DNA of 64,000 nt from Schizosaccharomyces osmophilus (taxonomy: Eukaryota). Shown piece after piece: positions 1 to 11,960 of the stretch; position 1 is the first letter of the stretch; every line of letters begins with the position of its first letter. The notes beneath the pieces are model-generated. The model saw nothing but the letters and a program-made list of their open reading frames with translations. It searched no databases and was not told the origin of the DNA. The translations under genes and the position numbers were made by a program. The stretch spans positions 4,154,001-4,218,000 of the forward strand of contig NC_079238.1 in the NCBI RefSeq assembly GCF_027921745.1, read 5' to 3'.

Positions 1-236
1 TATTGCAAGCAGTCAGTCATAGGAAGTTTTCGTTTTTTTTTTTTTTTTGTCTATTCTATTAGCGTACTTAATAATTGTAAGTAGGAATTAGAATGCATAT
101 AGACATAAGGAAACGAATAAAAGAATTTATGAGCATCTAAATTTACAAAACGTATTCTTGCAGTGGAAACATGAACGTACATAGAAAAGAGGAAGCTAAG
201 AAGGGAAGAGGCATAACGAAAGCATGAATAAAGACA

Positions 237-950
237 TTAAATAAAACAAACCAAAATGAGCAAGAAACAAAGGAAAAGAATAATACAACAACGTGGATAT
301 TGTTTTGCTTTGTGGGTTACTTTTTTCAAGCGATTTCTTGCCAAACCTAGTCGTTTGTCCACCCGATCTGCATCTTCACCCATATGGTCGATGAGCTCAT
401 TATGTTCTCCCAGTTCATCGTTCATTAAATAACCCAATTGCTTTTGTCTTCGAACGCTACTCTCAATTCCACCTAGCGACTCTTCTTGTTCATTGAGCAT
501 TTGCTCGTGCATCTGAGACAGTAAGTTGACATCAACTGGATTTGGATCGTTTCCGTCGAATTGATAAATGGATTCCATTTCAATATCTGAATGGTTCGAC
601 GTTATATCTGAAGTCAATGGAGCAGTACCAGCCTGTTTGGATGCGTAGGAAGATTGAATTTTTGGACCTTGGGAAGCAGCATTCCGTTTTTTGAGCAACA
701 TTTCCTCTGCCGACTCAACCCGCCGCTGGATACGAATCAGAAAAGCTTCAGACTCTCGAAGTCTGTATTCAGGAATTTGAGCATTCTGTTCTAACCTTGT
801 TTGTTCTTGACTTAAATGTTGTAATTGTTTGTTGATGTCTTGTAAAGAGGCATCGATCTCTTCATCTGGGGAGTTTCCAAACTCAATTAATCTCTCGTAA
901 TCATTGATTTTTTTGGTTGTTGAATCCACTAGCAGCAGTAGCTTCGACAT
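237..950 (-). CDS. fsv1: Qc-SNARE (syntaxin-8/Syn8-like), Golgi-to-vacuole transport
   Basis: 237-aa ORF with SNARE heptad (QEESLGGIESSVRRQKQLG...) and C-terminal TM anchor preceded by CC; syntenic position. Confidence 0.85.
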   Translation of the reverse strand: MSKLLLLVDSTTKKINDYERLIEFGNSPDEEIDASLQDINKQLQHLSQEQTRLEQNAQIPEYRLRESEAFLIRIQRRVESAEEMLLKKRNAASQGPKIQSSYASKQAGTAPLTSDITSNHSDIEMESIYQFDGNDPNPVDVNLLSQMHEQMLNEQEESLGGIESSVRRQKQLGYLMNDELGEHNELIDHMGEDADRVDKRLGLARNRLKKVTHKAKQYPRCCIILFLCFLLILVCFI

Positions 951-1253
951 AATCGTTATTGCTTTACTTGCTCTTACTGTAAATGAATCCCTCTACGACG
1001 AAGTAATTACCACCTCGAACAGCTGTTGTGGTAGTATTTAAAGTACTGCAACCCGTTTCGTGCAAATCATACTTAACGCACTTGAACGATCGACTTGAAT
1101 GTTTCCAGATACAGTTACAAGGAATTAAAAAAAAAAAAAAAGTCGTGGAATTAGACTTTGTTTGGTCAAAAAATAACCAAATAAAAAACTGAATGGAAGT
1201 AAAGGAAACCAAATTTAAAGCTTTTGGCCTTTGCAAAAAGGAAAGCAAAAATA

Positions 1254-1352
1254 GGGCCTAACCAGGATTCGAACCAGGGATCACCTCTAAACTCATGACT
1301 CACAAGTGGGTCTTACCCGAAAGAGGTATGTTAACCACTACACTATTAGGCC
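1254..1352 (-). tRNA. tRNA-Pro(CGG), 26-nt intron (1315..1290)
   Basis: Reverse complement folds: acceptor GGCCTAA/TTAGGCC, anticodon stem CCTCT/AGAGG, loop TT-CGG-G^T, GTTCGAATC T-loop, C73, followed by TTTTT. Confidence 0.92.
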
Positions 1353-1805
1353 AGTGGTTGAAGTCATAAAATTTTAAACAAATATATACAGGTTGTCTTA
1401 GGGTCAATTTTTCAGAAATTGAAGGTTGAAATTCACCTATTTCGTCGAGTCGGTCTGTTTTCGTTTTACTTGATAAATTCGGAATAAATTCAAGCAAATT
1501 TTCAGAGATCAAAGATGACTATGTATTGGAATGACATACTTGTTTAATAGTTGACAGCATAGAGCCGGTGATCATGTTGAAGAAATACCGAACCAACAAA
1601 GTAGGGACAGAAATGGGATGGGACTTCCTACAAGTTTAATTTTATCCCTCTTTTCATGTGTCTGGAATGCAGTTCATGATTGACTATATGCCATCCAGCG
1701 TTTCTGCATGAAGAATTTCTCAAAATGCTTCACACATTGTGACCTCTTCTAAAATAGCATTTTTTTCATTATATATTTTAATATATATATTACTTGTCAA
1801 CAGTT

Positions 1806-1889
1806 CTCTCGATGGTGTAGTTGGTTATCACATCCGGCTGTAATGTTCAAGATACCGGTTGGTCGCTAGTTCGAATCTGGCTCGAGAGA
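1806..1889 (+). tRNA. tRNA-Tyr(GUA), 10-nt intron (1844..1853)
   Basis: Acceptor CTCTCGA/TCGAGAG, anticodon GTA at 1840-1842, GTTCGAATC T-loop, oligo-T terminator just downstream. Confidence 0.95.
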
Positions 1890-2258
1890 TATTTTTGTTT
1901 TTTGTTTAGATGCAATTGAGATTCAGCTAGCAACTTTTGCCATGCTCTTTTTTTTTTTTTATTATTATTAAAAAACGTAAATGTTTTTCCCATGCATCTC
2001 TTGATGCATAATTATTTTTTCCCAGTGGGAGTAATTCTAAGCTGCCAGAAGAGGAAGTAGGTAACAGTTACCTCACCTGAATCACTACTGCGTAAGGCTT
2101 GGATGGTAGTTTCCAACAACAATCAAGGCAAGCATTAGGATTTTGCGTTGATTTAAATATCAACTGAGTAAAAAGTAAGAAATTTAGTGTTGTAAAGGCA
2201 TTCTCTGTTTCTCAAAACGACTCTCCCTTAGAACATTGTACTACAAGTATTATCGAAA

Positions 2259-2657
2259 ATGGACAAGCCTAAAATCTTCAGCGCCTTGAACTTGGGTGTT
2301 GGCGCTATTCTTGGACTCGCTGGTCTTATTAAAGTATTTTCTTTCAGCTTGGCCAAAGTCTTTTTAGGTTTATTTATCATTCTCTTTGGTCTCGGTACCA
2401 TTGCATTAGAGCGTGAAGTCCCCTCAGTAGCTGTCAAATATGCATCCTTTATGTTTTCATTCTTGGGTAGAGGCTTTTTCTATCTTTTTATGGGATCTTT
2501 GCTCTGGTCCTACGAAGGATTCACATCGCTCCTTGGCTTTTTAGTGCTCCTTGTTGGTGCTGGTTTCTGTGCTGCAAACTATGTAGCCGGACTTCAAGAC
2601 TATGCTCCTCGTAGCATGCGCGACACAGACTGGGATGACACTGTAGATGAGGTTTAA
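2259..2657 (+). CDS. tvp15: COPI-associated Golgi membrane protein Tvp15
   Basis: 132-aa multi-TM ORF with YASFMFSFLGRGFFYLFMG family motif; synteny. Confidence 0.85.
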   Translation: MDKPKIFSALNLGVGAILGLAGLIKVFSFSLAKVFLGLFIILFGLGTIALEREVPSVAVKYASFMFSFLGRGFFYLFMGSLLWSYEGFTSLLGFLVLLVGAGFCAANYVAGLQDYAPRSMRDTDWDDTVDEV

Positions 2658-3944
2658 TGCTCCTAATGCCGAACTTTGGAATCTCAACTTGTCGCTGTAC
2701 GTGCGTTGTATGTTTACCATCTCGTCCTTTTTCTATTTTATCGTGCCATTCTTTTATTTTTGTGTTGTTATTCTCAAAAGCTTATGGTAATCATTCTCTT
2801 TGTCCCTCTCTCTTTCACTCTTGACCTTGTCAAAGAAGCTTTCTATAAAGCGAATTTCCATTCGCTAGATATATATATTTATATATGTATCGTAAGATTT
2901 ATGTACGATCGGCACTTAAATTAAATTTTATTGTTTTTAAACAAGAATAGTGACAAGTACACATTGTGATCAGTAAAATTGAGCCTAAGAAGGTTCCCAT
3001 GTAGATAGAAAGTTGCTTTCTCTTTCCTCTTTTTCTTTTTTGTAAATATTCACCATTCATTATGACGGCTTCCTTGTCCAAGCATTCTGAATGGCCTGTA
3101 GTTTGTAAACCATGAAAGGATTGGATTCCCTTGACACCATGGAGTCTCATTCAACGTATTCTTGATCAATGGCAGGTAGCTCATAAGTTTTTGAAAGCAA
3201 CCCTTTTGGAATTCTTTCTTTGAATTAAGGGAAGATTCTGTATGCCTACAAATTATAACCTTCATTTCTTCCATGAAGCTTCTCTTCCTTTTTGTGTTTA
3301 TTAATGTGATGGAACGAGTTCGGTATCTTATCTAACGAACAACACCAAACTATTGGCATGATATTTGTGCTTTGGTATATACCGTAGATGCTCTTCCTGT
3401 CTTGTTTTTTGAATTTGTGTATTTACTTCCACGCATTTGCATGCTTGGAAATCACCCACGTCCTGTCTTCTTTGGTCTTTTGCTGAAAATTTCCTTGTGC
3501 CAAAGAACACTGTTACCCTGCTCAGTGGAAAAGTGACAAACTGGACAATATGAAAAAACTATATAAAGGCAGGGAGGCATCGTATTTACCATGAACCAAC
3601 TACAAAGTTGTTTCTTCATTACCAGCTTGGTTTGTGAACTGTTGGGTATATCAAGGAGGAAAAAAATGACATGTCAAGCTCAACAATATGAACATGTTAA
3701 TGATTTGCTTTATTTCTTCACTTTCTGAGATGTATCTTACAGTCCACAAAGTTTGTTGGAAGAGGAAATTCGTAGAGATGGATTTTGCCTGTAAATAGTT
3801 CTATTAAAATATTTAGTATGGATTCATTTTCGTTTTCACCTATTATTCCAGTAGGTAAAATAGGTACAAGTAAAGCATTCATTAGATGTAATATATATGT
3901 AACAAAGCATAACAAGTTAATTCCAAATAGTTGCTTTGGTTGCT

Positions 3945-5657
3945 TTAATCGGCAGGATCAAGTGCTTCCATTGTCCATATGACGGGATCTTGTGTGCGTA
4001 CAGTAATTTGAGCCTTGCGAACGATATTGCAGGAACTTATAAGTCCACCAAAACTACAAACCTGGTTTTTGAGATTCCATTCTAAGCCGTCGGTTTCTGA
4101 AACAAAAGCCGGACTACCTACAGGAAGAATCCCACAGTGCTTATTTACATTTGTACTGCAGTCTATGGTGCTTTCTCCTGATGGTAGTAGCCAAGTCACG
4201 TTCGCTTCGGACAATATGAAGAGCTGAGTTTGCTTATACTTTGCGTACGACCAATACAGATGATTAAAGTTTCCCAAAGCATGATCAACTCGCCCGTCCA
4301 TGCTACACAAAGTGAAGATGGCAAATATTCCGTTTTCTTGGATCAACTTTTGTGCCTTCATAAAGTCTGTTGAGTATTGGTCGGAATCATGGAGTATTTG
4401 GACACCCATTTGTTTGTAATGCTCACGCGTTTCATCTGTTAAAGAGTCAAAATCTCCCACAAGCATGTCAGGCTTTAATGATGGATCGTAGTTTCTCAGC
4501 CGATTTGATCCACCGTCTGCGCATATCCGAAGGCTTGCATTCGCCCATAGATGACGGAAACGACTTTTGGAAACACTAATGGAGCGATTCAAAATCAAAA
4601 CGGCGTATTTGTATTTGCAGTCACGTTTGTCAGAGTTTTCGGACCAGGTAGCACATGGGTCAAAGTGCTGAGACTCTGCGTGATCGTTATAAGATGTGTT
4701 GGCTGCTGATACATCATGTTCTTTTCCTTTCTGATACTTGCTAATTGGATGAGGGAGGGTCCTGTGTATTCGCTGAAATGTCTCGTAATATTGAGGGTGT
4801 TCTGGGCTTAAAATGCCGTGTCGGATAAAGAAATCAAGGATCACAAGGGCACAGTTTGGCTTGAAATTCCCAGCGGCTAATTCTTGGATGACTTGATCTA
4901 ACGTCCAAAGATGAAATTCTGCAACCTCTCCATCGTTCGGTTGTAACTTTGTATTCCCGTCAATCGGAACGTCGAATACGTATTGTAATTCTGGTTGATA
5001 CCATTTCTGTTGGGCAAGTTTGATGTAAGAGACAATACCACTGGAGCGTAAGCTGGAATGCGAGACAGTTAAATTAGCTTCTTCCAAACACTCTTTCGCC
5101 ATAGTTCCCATAATTGAATCACCATGGGTAATCCCTCCTGCAACGCTGTTGTCGAGATAGCCGGGCCAAGTTTGCTTTGTGGGCGAACGTCTAGGAACCC
5201 ATAGACGCATAGGAGTTGTTGGCGTAGGAGGGATGTAAATAGTACAATGAACTCCATAGCTAAGAAAACCAAATAACCAATATCCACCTCGTTCCACGGC
5301 AATAGCAACTTCACCATTAGGACCAAAAACGCTATATAGCTCATCTCGCCATTGATCAGCCACTCCAAAAAGATTCGATTGTTTCCATGTTTTGAGAATA
5401 TTTTCCAGGATCGAAGATCGCTTTTCAAAGTTCGTAGCGTTCAGTTGTAGAGATTTCCCAGGCTCATAGATCCAATCGTAAATAAAGCTATCGAATTTCG
5501 CCAACTCATGAATTACTTCTGGAATAACATATCCGACAACTGCACCGTCCAAGTAAAACGGAATTGACCCAGTTATGAAATTATTGTGAAAAGAATCACA
5601 GGAATCCAGTAACTTTACCAAATCGAGTTGTTCAATCGTCGAAATCGAGGAAGTCAT
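3945..5657 (-). CDS. tnr3: Nudix-hydrolase / thiamine diphosphokinase fusion
   Basis: First ATG 5657; N-terminal Nudix box (GGITHGDS...KECLEEANL), C-terminal TPK motifs (CADGGSN, GDFDS, DQYSTDFMKA). Confidence 0.93.
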   Translation of the reverse strand: MTSSISTIEQLDLVKLLDSCDSFHNNFITGSIPFYLDGAVVGYVIPEVIHELAKFDSFIYDWIYEPGKSLQLNATNFEKRSSILENILKTWKQSNLFGVADQWRDELYSVFGPNGEVAIAVERGGYWLFGFLSYGVHCTIYIPPTPTTPMRLWVPRRSPTKQTWPGYLDNSVAGGITHGDSIMGTMAKECLEEANLTVSHSSLRSSGIVSYIKLAQQKWYQPELQYVFDVPIDGNTKLQPNDGEVAEFHLWTLDQVIQELAAGNFKPNCALVILDFFIRHGILSPEHPQYYETFQRIHRTLPHPISKYQKGKEHDVSAANTSYNDHAESQHFDPCATWSENSDKRDCKYKYAVLILNRSISVSKSRFRHLWANASLRICADGGSNRLRNYDPSLKPDMLVGDFDSLTDETREHYKQMGVQILHDSDQYSTDFMKAQKLIQENGIFAIFTLCSMDGRVDHALGNFNHLYWSYAKYKQTQLFILSEANVTWLLPSGESTIDCSTNVNKHCGILPVGSPAFVSETDGLEWNLKNQVCSFGGLISSCNIVRKAQITVRTQDPVIWTMEALDPAD

Positions 5658-5792
5658 ACTGATGAATCTCAATAAGGAATCCGATAGAAGTCGTGAATCC
5701 TTATCTGAGTATGCTGAATATGCGAGCTAATGTAAATAAACCGTAATTGATAGAAGTAATGTTGAAGAAAGAAAGAAATCCAAAAAATTACC

Positions 5793-5828
5793 AAAAACAA
5801 AAACAAAAACAAAAACAGAAACAGAAAC
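5793..5828. repeat. (AAAAAC)4(AGAAAC)2 microsatellite
   Basis: Directly visible. Confidence 0.8.
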
Positions 5829-6648
5829 AGTCTCAGGTGTTTAAAAGTAGAATCCTTTATCTAAATGAGTGAAGGTACAGTATGAAGTGTACAGTTGAAA
5901 TATCGCCTTCTAGCAAGGATAGGTTAAACCAACCTTATACTTAAGTTTGGAGGTTGCGAGAGAAAAAAAAAAAAAAAAAAAAGTATTAAAGAGAAAAATC
6001 AAATAAATCGTTCAATCATGAATTTATAGAAATAAGTAAGAACAATCAAAAGTCATAACAGCTCATTTCATTTTGCAAAAGTAAATTCAATTTGAAAAGA
6101 ATTGATATCAACAACTGCAAGTCGAAGACCAGCTGTTTAAGAGAAAGAACTGTCATAAGATCTTTTTATTTATTTAACTTATTTTATTTTATTTAATTTA
6201 ATTTAATTAGATTAGGACAATGTTTTAGTTCTTCCTTCCTTTGGATAGGTTTTTTGGTATTTTTCTATTTGTGACTTTGCCTTGCGAAAAAACCAAGAAA
6301 AAGTAATGATGAAGGCTGCAATCGGTTTTCAATTAGATTTTTACTTCAATTTTCATAAATTATATACTTCTATATGCAAAATCCATCCATAATGTGGAAA
6401 TAGTATGCGTTCCTTCTGGTAACAAAAGTAGCAAACTAAGTCTTTGTTCCCTGTGTAAAGAAACAACGGTGTCATATAAAGAAATCCACCTGAAACAACT
6501 TGTGTAAAACGGAACAGCACTGAAGAAAAAGAAAAGAGAAACTGTTGCTCAGAGACAGAAAAAGAATTGATTTGGTTCATTGATTTTTCTAGTAGGTCAC
6601 TAATATTTTTGGATATCGCAATTCACGAGACGCAATTAACGTGAAATC

Positions 6649-7372
6649 ATGACTTATCAAGCGCAAGCTGGAAATGAACCTAAAGAATTAGACGAAGAAT
6701 TTATGGAAAATGGCGTTCCCGTTTCGTTAGGCGAAAAGAAAACTTTGAATGAATACGTACATATGGATGCCGAGGACCCTTCTTTAACCAAATGGAAAGA
6801 GTCTCTTGGTATTTCCAATAAAGGATACTCTCCTCCTAATGACCCTAGAACTGTGGTTATTGAGCAGCTCAGCTTACTTGTTACCGGCCGTGATCCCATC
6901 CATGTGGACATGCAAGATGAAGCCAGCGTGGAAAAAATCCATAAGAAGGGATTCGTCATAAAGGAGGATAGTGAATACAGAATTGGCGTCCGTTTTCGTG
7001 TTCAGCATGAACTCATCTCTGGCTTACGCTATGTCCAAGTGGTACGCCGAGTAGGAATGACGGTTGACAAATCGTCTACCATGATCGGCTCCTATAGCCC
7101 TAATGAAGCTCCATACGAATTTACGAGTAAGTAGCCCGTTCTTCCTTTATGCTTTTGAAACGAACGTATTAGCTAACTGAATGTGTAGCGGAACCCGAAG
7201 AAGCACCTAGCGGATTCCTTGCCCGTGGTCATTACGAAGCCATCGGTAAATTTATTGATGATGACCAAGTTGTCCATCATGTAGTCAATTGGGTATGTTT
7301 TCTGTCTTTTGTTTAGCTTTTGAATACTAATCGTGGCTGTAGTCATTTGATGTCACAAAGAGTTGGAAGTAA
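6649..7372 (+). CDS. rdi1: Rho GDP-dissociation inhibitor
   Basis: Exons 6649-7126, 7189-7292, 7343-7372; motifs DxSLxKWKESL, MIGSY, EEAPSGFLARGHY, FDVTKSW. Confidence 0.93.
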
Positions 7373-8129
7373 ATTTCATTTGCTTAACCATGATCATATT
7401 TTGCAGGGGACAAACAAGACTCAAAACTTATACCTCAGTTGCATCTCAACTTATTACATGTATATTCTTACTAGTGCTATTTGATCTTTTATCACTTGCT
7501 TCCCTTCCCTTGGGCCTCGACGCTATGCAGCAACCCTTATAGGTTTCATTAATCATGTTTACAATAGTAGTTTGCGCCTTATTTTCAAACTATATCATGC
7601 TTTGATGAGTTCTATTCCAAGATATATTCTTCTTTTTTTTTTTTATATTAACGTACACTATGAAAATCTCCTATTTAGGTTGTCAGTCTTTCACACTCTC
7701 TAATGCTGAGCGTCTTAGAGGGGATGAAACTGAATAAGAACTTTATTGAAATATTCAAAAATGAACAAAGTTTTTTCTTTCTTTCTATAACACACTTTCT
7801 TAAACCTTTTACTTGTCTTTTTCGATGCTCCTTTTCTTCCTACCTTAAGTTTATATAATAATACAATCTTTATTCCTGAGCAATTAGGAACATGAATGGG
7901 CGAAATATGTAATATCTGTTACTTTGTAAAGAGGTAACGATGTCTCGGCCTCTCCCTTACTACCGTCTCTTGGTATCCTCCTATATCCTACAAAGTAGGC
8001 TAATTCTTGTAGCAAGCTCGAGATATCCATCTTGCACTTTTTTTTTTGAGAAAACTTAAATTTTTAAGCTCACTTTTGTAATTCTCCTTTCAGTTTTCTT
8101 TTAGGAATCCCTTCATCCACATTTTCAAT

Positions 8130-8989
8130 ATGAGGAATTCAGTCATTATCGGTTCTCTTCTCGCAACTGCCGCTGTTGGTAAGTAAAGATGCTGGTTCCC
8201 ACAAGCTCTAAAGGAATGTGATACTGTTGTTCTTCTTTTGCTGATTTCCAATGACCCGAAAGGAAATATTTTCAGTGAATTCTGTGCAATGAGCAATGAA
8301 ACAACTCTTTTATGTTATTTGCTCTTCTCGCTCTTTTCTTTTTCTATTCAAACATTTGGGAAATGAAGCAGATATCTGCTTACTTGCGTAGAAGCTAGTG
8401 AATCGATAACGGGCTTCCGAGCTGAGCTGCATTTTTGTATTCCACATGAACATATTCGCTAATATCTCCCAGGTTATGGTGTCTATTTTGATTACAAGCG
8501 TCGTAACGACCCTGCTTTTCGCAAAACTTTGAGTACGTCTTGTAGTAATACCATCCGTTATTATTTTCTGTCTAGTCGCTAACAACCCCGTTTCTAGAGC
8601 GTCGCTACAAAAAGGTTCATGAAGCCAAGAAGCAAGAAGAAGAGATCGCTGTTAAGCAGTTTGATGAAGTTATTGAAGATGCTCTCGAGATCGTCAAGTC
8701 TACACCTACCCCCAATAGCGCTGAAGAAAAAGAGCTTTTCTTCATGCAGCAAGTTGCTCGCGGTGAACAACTTTTCCAACAACGTATGTTTATTATCTTC
8801 TACAATGTTTCACTAACGCTTTAAGAACCCGACAATATCAAGGAATCCGCTGCTTGCTTTTATGCTGCCCTCAAAGTATACCCTCAGCCTGTTGAATTGT
8901 TTGCCATTTACGAACGCACCGTTCCTGAACCCATCATGAATCTCTTAAGAGCTATGCAAACTAAGGAAAGCACCCCTACTGTGGAGTAA
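8130..8989 (+). CDS. tom20: Mitochondrial import receptor Tom20
   Basis: Exons 8130-8178, 8473-8532, 8598-8783, 8826-8989; spliced product has TM anchor, YFDYKRRNDPAFRK and ALKVYPQP. Confidence 0.93.
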
Positions 8990-9073
8990 ACTCTTAATTC
9001 CCAATAAAAGTATATTTCATTAAATTATTAGGAAAAAAACATGTAAATAGTAGTCATGTCGTGTATGATTTAT

Positions 9074-10935
9074 TTATAAAAGTCGCTGAAGAATTGGGGA
9101 TATATCTAACTTCATGTTCTTCAATTCTGTAGTATACGTCGTAATTTTTGATATCGCTTCAGCGTACGATTTATCACGAGGATACCCCTTGTACTGATTT
9201 TCGATAAAAAATACCAAATTTTCAACCTGGCAGTACAACCAGTTTCGATAAAGTGAATCTGGTTTTTTTATCTCGAACATTTGAGTATACAGACGAGTAA
9301 TGTGGGCCATATACCGAAAAACAATAAACGAGCTGGTGGTAACTAAGTTTGATATGTCCTTTTCCCATTGAACATTGTAATATTTCTGTTTGAGCTGTTT
9401 TTCACGAGATTTAAAGAATTCTTTTCGTGCATCGTTTTCAAACCCAATGGATCGTAAATATTTAACAAGTTGTTTTCCTTGCGTAACTCCAATCCCTGGG
9501 AATCCAATTTGATGCAGGAATAGCTCTTTCAACTCCTCAGTCTTATACTCTAATTTGTCCATTAAAAAATCCGACAGTAATTGTTGAATTCTTTCTCGTT
9601 GTAAGCGGTTTCTCAGTAAATTAAGTATGTGTATAGCATCAGAATATCGGCGAAGAGAAATAAAGTTGTCTAACTGGTTAAATTGTTCAAAAAGATCCTG
9701 CAAAATTTCCCTTTTGAAGGCGTAAGATTGTAAAAGTAATGGTGAATCAATAGTTTTACAAAGCAGCTGAAAAGACGTGTATGACGATAAGTTTGCCTGC
9801 TCTTCTTTGATAAAATGTTCGAGCTCTAGTTTCAATTGGGTGTCATCCACCCTCTTTTGGGTATGTTCAAGGAGCTGCTGAGCTTGGTATTGTCTAGTTT
9901 GACGAATAAAGAAGTCTCGTTCTTCAAGGTTGCTGTTCCCAAGCACAAATACATTTTTATTACACATGACGGTAACATAGGATAAGTTTGTGTCTTTGTC
10001 CAAGTTGGAAATAGCATCGTCATCCACTTGTTCAGTAGTTTCAATTGGAGAAATTGTAGAGTCAATAAGATTCCATTGATAGAGAGTTTGTTCTTTGATT
10101 TTCTTTTCTTTATCCAAAGAATGTGAAGAAGTAAGAAGAATGCAATCATTGAATAAGTAAAGATTGGCAATCAAACGAACTCTCTGGTTTCTAGGATTAA
10201 TGAGTGTCCAACGTCCTTGTTTTGTAATCAAGCTTCTATTGGGACTTTTCCAAAACTCCTCATTGCAACCATCAATGACAGTTTCCAATCGTCGCATGGA
10301 TCGTTTTAAATTCTCGTCAGAAGGGTGCTGCGAAAGCTCAACTAAGCTTAGCCGTTCAATATTCTCCTCCAATACGCCTAGTAGCGACTTGTACCGTCCC
10401 AGTTCTTGGCTCAAATTATTTACTTCGCTGGAAATAAAGACATACTCGTTAAGATTTTTGTAAAAGTTCTTCTCCAAATTCTTTCGGACACCCATGTGGA
10501 TGCGTAACAGTTTGTTATACAAAGAAACAAACTCCTCTTCTGTAGCATCATGCAATATATCATTTAAATCTGATCAAAAGTGACAGTTAGTAACTATTGG
10601 AAGTCGAATGAAACATACAGGTCTGAGGGTCATAATCTTCATTATCAAAATATTTTGGATTCAGAAATACTTCATTTTTTGACATAATATGTTTCGTTTG
10701 GCGCTTCTGTCGGTAAATGTCATCTGTTTTAGATGTGCCAACTCGAAGCCGAGTAGGAGACTAGAATGTGTAAGTACGTACAATTGTCTTTCATAAATTT
10801 CGTACCAGCCTGTCTTCAGAAGTTTCATCCGCCGTTATATTTAAATATTTGAGTTTGCTGGACCATTAGTCTAAGGAAATGAAAATTACGCACATACGAA
10901 AGCTCATCGGCAGCATTCAGGTGTTCGTTTGACAT
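9074..10935 (-). CDS. exo84: Exocyst subunit Exo84
   Basis: Exons 10935-10898, 10857-10806, 10760-10619, 10569-9074 join in frame; Vps51-like (FYKNLNEYVFISSEV) and PH-like (YLFNDCILL) segments; synteny. Confidence 0.82.
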
Positions 10936-11960
10936 TATAGCAATGGATTAAATGTTCAATGCACCAATATTTTTTCTAAACCAAGAGAAAAACAAGAGAT
11001 TCTTTGGTTCGTGTTTTCGGACTCTAGTATCTGAATCTTCGATGTCAAATCATAAACGCTTCTATATTTCCTTTTTATTTTATTCAAGATGAATGGAATC
11101 CCCTCTATAATGGACTACCAGCAAATATTACAAGGTCAACGATTACTCTGTCGTTGGGGTCTTATTGCATTGAAGGTATCCTGTTTGGGTAACAATATAC
11201 TCAAATAACTTACTGGTGTCACTTGCTTTGTTTACATAGAAAAAGTATCAAAGAAATCCCACTGCTGAGATTATTTTATAAAGAAATGTAAGAAATCATT
11301 TATTACACTAAGGCAGTGTTATTAAGATTAAAAATGGTTCCATAAGAGTACGAATCTTGCGATTGATTCACTTTCTTGCTTTCAAACCGTAGCATATATA
11401 GAACGCTAGCAAGACTTATCATAAGGAATCATTTTAATGCATTATATAGTTTGCTACTTTCAATTGAACAACCCGTTGCTGGAAAAAGTGCAATTTAGAT
11501 TTTTTACTTTTGGAATTGGAACAAACAATAAAAGGCGTTTCAGTATCTTTTTCAGGTTACAAACTTCGTTACAAGTTAAAGAGATGTATATCCTAAAAAC
11601 TAGAAAGCAAAAGCCAATTTGAAATTTACATTAAGGAACAACTGATCGACTTTACCAAAAGTGCTTTCCCAAGTACTAGGCTCAAAATCAATTCTTTATG
11701 ATGAATAATTTCTCGTATCTTGTAATATTAAATTGCTTTATAGTGATTCTTACTCTACAACAAACTTGATTACGCTGTATATCTATCTACGTAGGGCACC
11801 CGTAAAACGAAGTTCCTAACCTAGTCAAAGCCTTCCACTCTGAAACGTTCAGTACAAAGAATGTAAATGATAGAGGATATTAATTTATTTATGGATAATT
11901 TCTTTTAAATCCGTATTTGCAACGAATTTGAATAAACCTGGTCGATACAATGCTGAAATT

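Noticed and set aside
2660..3940. Short ORFs between tvp15 and tnr3
   Set aside because: No recognisable motifs, no consistent splice model, mostly non-ATG starts; likely UTR or intergenic
3945..5657. Nudix-TPK fusion as a novel system
   Set aside because: Already known architecture of S. pombe Tnr3
11928..11960. TTG/GTG-initiated N-terminal extensions in the ORF track (rdp1, ade3, fin1, mtr4, pas1, etc.)
   Set aside because: Artefact of prokaryotic start-codon rules; first ATGs give plausible orthologue-like starts
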